From Candidatus Omnitrophota bacterium (GTDB taxonomy: Bacteria > Omnitrophota > Gorgyraeia > Zapsychrales > Fredricksoniimonadaceae), in assembly GCA_015233335.1 (NCBI GenBank), contig JADFXX010000003.1:93694-157693 (forward strand): a stretch of 64,000 bases of DNA. Direction: 5' to 3'. Both the position numbers and the translations under genes were made by a program. Positions 48,806 to 56,770 of this stretch are shown here, piece after piece (positions within the stretch are counted from its first letter, which is position 1; each line of letters opens with the position of its first letter). The notes beneath the pieces are model-generated. The model did no database searches. It was not told the origin of the DNA and worked only from the letters and a program-made list of their open reading frames with translations.

Positions 48806-50584
48806 TTACGCGCGCGGAATAAAAAAACTAAAAACAGAGCCCAACCCGAGCTCTGATCTGACCGAAACCTGGCCATTGTGAGCTAATACAATGTGTTTGA
48901 CAATGGATAAACCTAAACCGGTGCCTCCCAGCTCCCGGGAACGGGCTTTATCTACACGATAAAAACGTTCAAATATCCTCGGAATATCTTTTTCGGGAAT
49001 CCCGATTCCGGTATCTGCCACATCTATCACAACTGCCTGATCATTAACAGAGAATCTGACCTTAATGGAGCCGCCTTCAGGAGTGTATTTCACCGCATTA
49101 TCCAAAAGATTTAAAAAAACCTGGGCCAGCCTTTTATCATCCGCAAGAATCTTAGGCAGATTGCTTGAAGTATCAACAGATATGGAAAGTTTTTTTGTTT
49201 TGATCAACTTGTCTAAAACCCTTAAAGTACGGTCTAAAATAGGCCGTATATCCACGGGACTTAAAACTATGTTCATCTTGCCTGACTCGATCTTCGCCAG
49301 ATCCAGAAGATCATCAATGAGATTTGCCAGACGATTGGAATCCTGGTGGATAATATTTATAAATTCTTTTAAGTTATCCTTATCCGCCATGGCCCCATCA
49401 AGCAATGTTTCGGCATAACCTTTGATGCTTGATATAGGAGTGCGCAGTTCATGGGAAACATTGGCCACAAAGTCCTGCCGAACCCTTTCTAATCTTCTCA
49501 ATTCTGTAATGTCATGAAAAACTAAAACAGCTCCTTCAAAAATGTCATTTCTTATGATTGGGGCCGCATTAATCCTCAATATTTGCTCCTGCGGATAAAC
49601 GGTTGACATCTCCTGAGTGATCAATTTTTGTTTATCTTTCAGAATGCGATCCACCACATCTTGTATCTGCGCGTTACGGATGACTTCTATCGGTGTTTTG
49701 GATTCGGGGACGGAATCTACAAAGAAGAATTTTCTTAAAGAAGGGTTCATCAGGAGAATCTTGCCCCTTTCATCAACGACCATGATCCCTTCGAACATGC
49801 TGGATAAAACAGCATCCAATTTAACACTTTCTAATTTTATCTGCTCCATTTTCCATTTTATTTCATCAGACATATAGGATAACGCCCGGGACAAATCCCC
49901 GATCTCGTCATTTGAATAAAAAATAGAAGGCCTATGAGAAAAATCCCCATAGGCCATGGCTCTCGCAATTTTTGCCATTTCATTAAGCGGCTTGGAGACA
50001 ACCAGAGAAATAATATAGGTGAATGCCAAACTCAATAAAAACACCAGCAACAATGCGCCGGCTATCATTTTCTGTATCTGTCCCTCAAGCAATTCTATGG
50101 ATGAAATGGTAACGGCATATCTTAAAAAACCCTGCCTGTGTTCCCTTCCAAAAGGAACAGCCATATAAAGCAGGTACTTTTTGATCGTTGTGCTGTATCT
50201 CTTGTTTAAGCCAAAACCTATCAGAGAGGATTGTTGAATTTCAGGACGGTGTAAATGGTTCTCAAGTTTCTTTAATTCTAAAGCATTCAAATTACTGTCG
50301 CCGACTACTGTCCCATCAGATTTGATGATAGTGACCCTGACTTGCTGCTGTTGGCCTATTCTTCGAGCCAAGTTTTGAGGGTCAAAGGAGGCCTTATTTT
50401 GCTTTAGCTCCTCTTCCAGCAGATCTCGGCCGGATAAAAGCTGATGGCGCAGGTGGTCTTCGAGACCCCGTTCGATATATGTTTTAAGCTGGGAAGTAAG
50501 ATAGAAATACCCGGTAAAAAGGCCGAATATGACAGCCAGACAGAAAATAAGCGTGAGCTTCCAGTGAAGCTTAATTTTCATCAT
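48806..50584 (-). CDS. Sensor histidine kinase, PhoR-like (TM-HAMP-PAS-HisKA-HATPase)
   Basis: H-box SHELRTPISSIKGY and G2 box GGTGLGLSIVKH. Start set to the ATG pair at 50584/50581 (GGAGG just upstream), overlapping the upstream regulator's 3' end. Confidence 0.88.
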   Translation of the reverse strand: MMKIKLHWKLTLIFCLAVIFGLFTGYFYLTSQLKTYIERGLEDHLRHQLLSGRDLLEEELKQNKASFDPQNLARRIGQQQQVRVTIIKSDGTVVGDSNLNALELKKLENHLHRPEIQQSSLIGFGLNKRYSTTIKKYLLYMAVPFGREHRQGFLRYAVTISSIELLEGQIQKMIAGALLLVFLLSLAFTYIISLVVSKPLNEMAKIARAMAYGDFSHRPSIFYSNDEIGDLSRALSYMSDEIKWKMEQIKLESVKLDAVLSSMFEGIMVVDERGKILLMNPSLRKFFFVDSVPESKTPIEVIRNAQIQDVVDRILKDKQKLITQEMSTVYPQEQILRINAAPIIRNDIFEGAVLVFHDITELRRLERVRQDFVANVSHELRTPISSIKGYAETLLDGAMADKDNLKEFINIIHQDSNRLANLIDDLLDLAKIESGKMNIVLSPVDIRPILDRTLRVLDKLIKTKKLSISVDTSSNLPKILADDKRLAQVFLNLLDNAVKYTPEGGSIKVRFSVNDQAVVIDVADTGIGIPEKDIPRIFERFYRVDKARSRELGGTGLGLSIVKHIVLAHNGQVSVRSELGLGSVFSFFIPRA

Positions 50585-51269
50585 CCTCCGAAACGAATCT
50601 GTAACCGATACCCGGAACTGTATCAATGAACTTAGCGGCTTTGCCAATTTTTTGCCTGATCCTTTTAATATGAGTGTCAACGGTCCTCGTATAAACGTCT
50701 GCCTCAATGCCCCATACATCTGAAAGAAGGCTGTCTCTGGTTTGGACGCGTCCCTGCCTTTGCATCAAGGTGGCTAAAAGCTTAAACTCCATAGGAGTTA
50801 ATTCAACATCTTTGTCGCTAACAAGGACTTTATGCTGCGGAATATCAACAGTCAGGATGCCCATAGCCAGAATATCTTTGTTATTTTCTTCCGTTTTCCC
50901 CCTGCGCAAGATCGCCTTGACCCTTAAAATAAGCTCACGGGGGCTGAACGGTTTAACAATATAGTCATCCGCTCCCAGCTCAAGCCCAACAACACGATCA
51001 ACCTCCTCACCTTTGGCGGTCAGCATAACAACGGGTATATGCTTAAACTTGTCTTGGTCTTTGATGTGCCGGCATACCTCAAAACCATCAATGCCCGGAA
51101 GCATCACATCAAGCAGGATCAAATCTGCCGACCACCTTTCCAATATCTTAAAAGCTTCTTCACCTGATGGGGCGCTCATGCACTCATAACCGGCATTTTC
51201 CAAATTATATTTAACCAGCTTGGAAATATGTTTGTCATCTTCTGTTATGAGTATGCGCTTTTTATGCAT
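50571..51269 (-). CDS. OmpR-family response regulator, PhoB-like (paralog 2)
   Basis: MLTAKGEEVDRVVGLELGADDYIVKPFSPRELILRVKAILRR closely resembles the PhoB receiver. Co-operonic with the kinase. Confidence 0.88.
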   Translation of the reverse strand: MHKKRILITEDDKHISKLVKYNLENAGYECMSAPSGEEAFKILERWSADLILLDVMLPGIDGFEVCRHIKDQDKFKHIPVVMLTAKGEEVDRVVGLELGADDYIVKPFSPRELILRVKAILRRGKTEENNKDILAMGILTVDIPQHKVLVSDKDVELTPMEFKLLATLMQRQGRVQTRDSLLSDVWGIEADVYTRTVDTHIKRIRQKIGKAAKFIDTVPGIGYRFVSEDDEN

Positions 51270-51281
51270 GAAGGGTATAGC

Positions 51282-52286
51282 TTATAAGAAGAATTTAAAG
51301 AAATGGGCTACTGTATATGCCATCGCAGCAATAGCAGCTGAACAAGGAATCGTGATAATCCAAGCCCAAACGATCCGGCCAGCCACGCCCCAGCGTACCG
51401 CGCTTAAACGCTTGAGTGAACCAACGCCCATAATGCCACCCGTAATCGTATGGGTTGTGCTGACAGGAATGCCTAAAAAGGAGGCAACATACAACATAGT
51501 GGCAGCACCAGACTCAGCGCAAAAGCCATCTACAGGACGCAATTTAACGATCTTCTGCCCCATGGTTTTGACAATACGCCATCCTCCGCACATGATCCCT
51601 AAAGAAAGAGTCGTATAACAGGCCATCACCACCCATGAGGGTACATAAAATTTATCACCTAAAAGACCCGCGCTAAAAAGAAGGCCGGTAATAATACCCA
51701 TTGTTTTTTGCGCATCATTGCCGCCGTGTCCCGTACAGTAAAAAGCTGTTGAGACAAGCTGACCGCGCCGAAAAAAAGTATCGACTTCACGGGGAGTAGA
51801 CTTTCGGAATATCCAATGGACTAAAACGCCGTAAAAAAAACCTAATATTAAGCCTATACAAGGCGCAATAAATATGAAAATGATAACTTTAATGATACCC
51901 GGCATGACTAAAGCTTGCGGTCCCGCCTTGACTAACGCTGCTCCGATCATGCCTCCGATCAAAGCATGGGAGGAACTTGTCGGCAGGCCAAAATACCAAG
52001 TAATAATGTCCCATCCGCAAGCACCCATAAGGGCGCCGAAAACGACGGTCTGGTCAACGACATGAATATCAATGATGCCCTTACCTATGGTGTTGGCCAC
52101 ATGCAGACCAAAGATAAAGAATGCCATGAATTCAAAAAAGGCCGCATAAATCACCGCCATACGAGGGGTCAGGACCCGTGTGGAAACAATGGTGGCGATG
52201 GCATTGGCCGAATCATGAAAGCCGTTTAAGAAATCAAACATCAAAGCTAAAATAACAAGAAAAATAATGCCTGCTGGAATATGCAT
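51282..52286 (-). CDS. Inorganic phosphate transporter, PiT family
   Basis: GFHDSANAIAT signature and a polytopic membrane protein with a repeated half. Confidence 0.9.
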   Translation of the reverse strand: MHIPAGIIFLVILALMFDFLNGFHDSANAIATIVSTRVLTPRMAVIYAAFFEFMAFFIFGLHVANTIGKGIIDIHVVDQTVVFGALMGACGWDIITWYFGLPTSSSHALIGGMIGAALVKAGPQALVMPGIIKVIIFIFIAPCIGLILGFFYGVLVHWIFRKSTPREVDTFFRRGQLVSTAFYCTGHGGNDAQKTMGIITGLLFSAGLLGDKFYVPSWVVMACYTTLSLGIMCGGWRIVKTMGQKIVKLRPVDGFCAESGAATMLYVASFLGIPVSTTHTITGGIMGVGSLKRLSAVRWGVAGRIVWAWIITIPCSAAIAAMAYTVAHFFKFFL

Positions 52287-52296
52287 AGGGGGCTGA

Positions 52297-52923
52297 CTAA
52301 TTATGTTTGACTATAATAGATTCAACGACATTGGCGACATCTTCGCAAATATCCAATACTGTTTCCGCATCCTGATAAATTTCCTTCCACTTAATGATCT
52401 CTATAGCGCTTTTGGTCTCAAAAAGTTCCATAAAAACAGCGTCACGCATGGCATCTCCTACATTTTCCAAACGGTTGACCTCAACACAAGCGGCGAGGAC
52501 CGCTTTAGACCCGTTTTTAAGACGCAAACCTTTAACAGCCTTGGATACGGTTAAAACGGATTCTTCAATGACCTTGGCAAATTCCATCAAATGGCGGTCC
52601 CCTCCCGGGATTTTATAAACTTTTATGCGGACGACCATGGTATTGATCATATCCGTTATATCATCTAATTCCTTAGTCAAAGCATGGATATCCTCACGGT
52701 CAAAAGGGGTGATGAACGTTTTATTAAGTTGTTCGATGATCGAATGTGTGGCCGTGTCCCCCTTGCTTTCAAGGTGTTGGATCGTTTGGTAAGCTGATTC
52801 TTCGATCAGGCCGGGGGTCGCCACAATTTCTTTAAATTTTTTTGCCGCAAGGATTGCGCATTCAACCTGCTCTTCAAAAAGGTTAAAAAAATCAAATTCA
52901 CGCGGAAGGAAATTAAAGATCAT
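52297..52923 (-). CDS. DUF47 / PhoU-related protein partnered with PiT
   Basis: About 205-aa helical protein of the type found upstream of pit genes (FDREDIHALT...D motif). Confidence 0.8.
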   Translation of the reverse strand: MIFNFLPREFDFFNLFEEQVECAILAAKKFKEIVATPGLIEESAYQTIQHLESKGDTATHSIIEQLNKTFITPFDREDIHALTKELDDITDMINTMVVRIKVYKIPGGDRHLMEFAKVIEESVLTVSKAVKGLRLKNGSKAVLAACVEVNRLENVGDAMRDAVFMELFETKSAIEIIKWKEIYQDAETVLDICEDVANVVESIIVKHN

Positions 52924-53072
52924 AAGAATTCCTTATTTTTAAATGAAGTTAATAAACTGAAGTTGTATGCAAGAATATCATAGATTATGTGAAGCAACAA
53001 GAAAAACCCTCCTAAAACGATATTTGAGTTAAGTTCTGGACTTGGCTCAAACACCGAAACCGGGGAGGCTTA

Positions 53073-53097
53073 AATAAAGGTATCCGTCACCTTTATT
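53073..53097 (-). terminator. Hairpin just downstream of the BNR-repeat gene
   Basis: 9-bp stem aataaaggt/acctttatt with a 7-nt loop. No clear U-run, so terminator function is uncertain. Confidence 0.35.
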
Positions 53098-53103
53098 CTT
53101 TAT

Positions 53104-55224
53104 TCAAAACGTCACCTGTGTTAGATTTTGGACTTGAGTTAGATTGGATGCTTTTCCGCCGATGGCGGATACATATAAACCAAAACCACTTGATTCAGCT
53201 ATCAAATGGCTTGCATCGCTGGAACCGGCGGCGGCACTAAAAGAATAACCAGCATTGTAAAGATCTGCAGGGAGATTGCTTGGGCTCCAAGTGATGCCCG
53301 CGTCTGTCGACTCATACAAACTTAAATCATCTCCTACTACAATATAATTTCCGTCACTGGACATAACACCTGTCGCCCAACTCTGATCACTCCAAGTTGA
53401 TATCCAATAATCAGTTGGGCTTGTCCAATGAGCGCCCCCATCATATGAAAAATATAAACCTCCCGGATTCGTGCCGGTAGCCGCCGCGGCCATCATGATA
53501 CTCCCGTCAGCGGACATAGCAGTAACATTCCAGTCTAAATCAGCATTTAAACCAGAGGGCCTTATTTCACTCCAACTGTAAACCCCGCCGGTTAGGATGC
53601 CAAGATATAAACGTCCTGCGAAACCATCCCAGTCAAAATTATTACCTGCCATCACATAAGTTCCGTCACCAGATATAGCCGTTGTCACCCAATCTCTACG
53701 AACACCAATTGCCGCAGTCCCTGCTTCTGTCCATGTGATCACACCTGCTGCTAAAGTACCGGTATATAAACGTCCTTGATTAGCGTAACTCCCCACTATC
53801 ATATGTTTATTATCCGTAGCAATTGCGCCTGTTTGCCAAGGTTTAAGAACATTCCCTGGTGGTGTCGTTAGACTCCAACTTGGAGTAGCAGTAGTCCCAT
53901 TAGTTGAAAAATATAAATGTCCATTAGAATAGCCTGCCAGCAAAATTGTCCCATCAGAAGAACTGGCGGAAAGATTCCAATTTCTGTTAAAATTACCTGA
54001 AGGCTGAATTTCGCTCCACGTTGCTCCTCCATTAATTGAACGATACAATCGCTGATCATGCCCTGCCATTAGATATTTTCCATCACCGGAGCTGGCTACA
54101 CAATTCCAGTTTTGATCAATTACAGGCTTAGTTTCACTCCAATTCGCCCCTCCATTCATCGAAACAAACACCTGTCCCCCACTAATCCCGGCTATCAGAT
54201 GTGAGGCATCACTGGACATAGCCCCAGTAGTCCAACCATAATTGACAGCCCCTGCCGGTTGGGTTTCACTCCAGCTGTAAACCCCGCCGCTTAATGTGCC
54301 AAGATATAAACGACCTATCAGCGCTCCAGCGAATAGATGACTTGCGTCACCAGAACTGGCGCCAAACTCCCAAAGGCCATTTAAACCACTACTGGTCCAA
54401 GAAATTATCCCACCGGACAAAACACCGGTATATAATAGCCCCCCATAGATCCCTGCCATATAGCGGCTTCCGTCATTGGAAACAGTGACAAAGGTCCAAT
54501 TTTGTTCAGAGACTCCAGCTGGTTGAGTTTCGTTCCAAGTTGCCCCTCCATCAGCCGAAAAAAATAAACGGCCTCGATTGCCCCCACTATTGCTGTATTC
54601 TCCTACAATCAAATGACTCCCATCACCGGAGCTGGCGGCAGTATACCAATACTGATCAGTCCCATTAGGATCCGGATAGGTTTGGCTCCAATGTGCGCCC
54701 CAATCACTTGATACCCACATGTGCCCTGTACTGGATCCTGTATAAAAATATTCTCCCGCAATCAAATGACTTCCGTCACTGGAACTGGCCGCCGCATACC
54801 AGTATTTGTCATTATTTCCATCCGGCCGGATTTCAGTTCAGGTAATACCCCCATTGACCGAAAGAAATAAACGTCCTGAAAAGTAATAACCCCCAACAAG
54901 CATATGACTGCCATCATTGGAAATGGCCAAAGCCCGCAGTATTTGAATACCAACCTGATATGAACTCCAACTAACGCCCCCATTGGTTGAAATATAAATA
55001 AAATTGATTTGAGGCAGCAACGCCAAGTAATTACCGTTACCGGACATGGCGCTTTTATACCAACTATAATTTGCTGAAAATACTGGACTTTGCTGTTTGA
55101 TCCATGGCCGGTCTGCGTGGGCTAAGGCAGTTAGGAAAAGACTGATGATGAAAAATAAAGATAAAAGATTGCTTCGCCCCGTTGGGGCTCGCAATGACAC
55201 TTCTACTAATTTTCGTAATGACAT
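53104..55224 (-). pseudogene. BNR/Asp-box repeat beta-propeller protein interrupted by one in-frame TGA
   Basis: ORFs 54838-55224 and 53104-54765 are in the same frame, separated only by TGA 54838-54840. Many SxDGGxxW-type Asp-boxes are present. The N-terminus has a signal-like segment partly encoded by a repeat element. Confidence 0.75.
55166..55200 (-). repeat. Variant copy of the short palindromic repeat with an extended GC stem
   Basis: agattgcttcGCCCCgttGGGGCtcgcaatgacac. It is translated as SLRAPTGRSNLL in the BNR gene N-terminus. Confidence 0.85.
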
Positions 55225-55235
55225 AAAGGAAAATT

Positions 55236-55916
55236 TTACAATAAATTGATGACTTCAGAAGGCAATCGTTTGAGTTCTTGAGTGCCTAAGATACTGATCG
55301 ACCAATGCAGTAATTGCAACTTTTGGCTTAATTTTGCATTAGGGGTTTGGATGTCCTGTAAACGTTTACGGGACAAAAAAAGGATTTTACGTAAAGTGTT
55401 AAATATGATCCTCGCTTCTCTGGGGTAAAGACTGTCTTTAATAATCATCCGGATGTCGTTATATGCCATATTACTGACAACAGGATTGTAATGGTCCATC
55501 TTAAGAATTAAAGCCGGCACCATGCTTTCAAAATATTGATATCGGTCTAGGACGACTAGTGTATGCATGATCTCTACCTGAACAAATGGGGAATCACTAT
55601 GATTAAGACGACGGATCAGGATCTTAACAATATTGGCTTTTTCACGGCTTAGGACTTCATTGGCGTAATTTTCTTTGAACACACGCACAGCGGCGGTGCA
55701 TTTATAGGAACCCAAGGAATCATCCGCCACCATGGCCAAAAGAATGTCCCTCGGTTCATCTTTATACTTTTGAGTATAACCTGCCAACAGTACCTTATCA
55801 TCAAAAATAGCGCCAGAAGCTATGTCCGCTTCATTAATGTCTTCTTTTTGCTGGGCCCACAAAGGATGAATAGATAGCAGTGTCAACAAAACTAATAAAC
55901 AGCAGGATCTTTTCAT
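55236..55916 (-). CDS. Secreted helical-repeat protein, unknown function
   Basis: Signal peptide MKRSCCLLVLLTLLSIHPLWAQQ. ATGA overlap with the nadC stop. Confidence 0.6.
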   Translation of the reverse strand: MKRSCCLLVLLTLLSIHPLWAQQKEDINEADIASGAIFDDKVLLAGYTQKYKDEPRDILLAMVADDSLGSYKCTAAVRVFKENYANEVLSREKANIVKILIRRLNHSDSPFVQVEIMHTLVVLDRYQYFESMVPALILKMDHYNPVVSNMAYNDIRMIIKDSLYPREARIIFNTLRKILFLSRKRLQDIQTPNAKLSQKLQLLHWSISILGTQELKRLPSEVINLL

Positions 55917-56761
55917 GGTATGGCGATAAACTCCAATGAGATATCCAAGACCTGACGGGAATGTGTCAGAGCACCGATTGAAATGCGTTCAACTCCGGTT
56001 GCGGCGTATCGTTTGATATTTTTTAATGTGATGCCTCCGGAAGCCTCTAACAGGATGGGGCTTTTGGACTTGTTGCGCAATTTGACCGCTTGAGCGATTT
56101 GTTGAGGGGGCATATTATCTAATAAAATAATATCTGCCCTTGAGCGCAGAATTTCTTTAAACTGATCAAGATTGTCGACTTCAACTTCAAGCGTTGTCTT
56201 AACCATTTTCTTGAAAGTTTCGATCACCTCGACCATGGACCGCTCACGACAGGAGATCAGGTGATTATCCTTGATCATACCCATGTAATGAAGATTAAAA
56301 CGATGGTTAACCCCTCCCCCGCATCGCACCGCATAACGTTCCATTTGACGCAATAGGGGCGTTGTCTTTCGTGTGTCCATAATATCCACTTTATAAGGCT
56401 TTACTTGGTCTACAAAACGACGAGTTTGAGTGGCAATACCGGATAAGAATGACAACAGGTTAATGGCAACCCGCTCTCCTGACAACAATGCCCTTGCCGA
56501 ACCTGAAATCTCAGCAATGACATCATCCCGACGCACCGTTTGCCCGTCTTTAATCAGGGCATGAAAATTGACTTTGGAATGCAAGGCCTTAAAAACTTCG
56601 CGCGCGATCTCAACACCGCAGAGAGTCCCTTCGCTCTTTGCGATCAGGCGCGCTCGGGCGCGGGCATGGGAGGATATTAAATGATTTGTGGTAATATCCC
56701 CGCGTCCGATGTCTTCCGCTAATGCCAGATGAACAACCGTTTTTATATAGACCGATTTCAT
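55913..56761 (-). CDS. nadC: Nicotinate-nucleotide pyrophosphorylase (quinolinate phosphoribosyltransferase)
   Basis: NadC-like sequence throughout (EDIGRGDITT..., TRKTTPLLR, DIILLDNM). Confidence 0.92.
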   Translation of the reverse strand: MKSVYIKTVVHLALAEDIGRGDITTNHLISSHARARARLIAKSEGTLCGVEIAREVFKALHSKVNFHALIKDGQTVRRDDVIAEISGSARALLSGERVAINLLSFLSGIATQTRRFVDQVKPYKVDIMDTRKTTPLLRQMERYAVRCGGGVNHRFNLHYMGMIKDNHLISCRERSMVEVIETFKKMVKTTLEVEVDNLDQFKEILRSRADIILLDNMPPQQIAQAVKLRNKSKSPILLEASGGITLKNIKRYAATGVERISIGALTHSRQVLDISLEFIAIP

Positions 56762-56770
56762 AAATAATCT

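Noticed and set aside
52924-53010. A possible third Pho box upstream of the DUF47-PiT operon (CTTCACA taat CTATGAT attc TTGCATA).
   Set aside because: Only the first 7-mer resembles the TTCACA/GTCACA consensus. There is no correctly spaced -10 hexamer. The evidence is too weak to call.
53024-53050. Sequence just downstream of the BNR gene (gagttaagttctggacttggctc) that resembles the gene's own C-terminal repeat (gttagattttggacttgagtt, encoding NLTQVQNLTQV).
   Set aside because: Identity is only about 15 of 21 nt over a very short span. It is probably a decayed duplication of the 3' end, with no independent function that I can support.
54838-54840. TGA reassigned to Trp (genetic code 4) or selenocysteine.
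   Set aside because: TGA is used as a genuine, length-conserving stop in many genes here (for example nuoN, nuoL, nuoD, pstC, coaBC and the DGR target). The standard code gives full-length conserved proteins throughout. A Trp position in an Asp-box is not a plausible Sec site, and no SECIS-like hairpin is evident.
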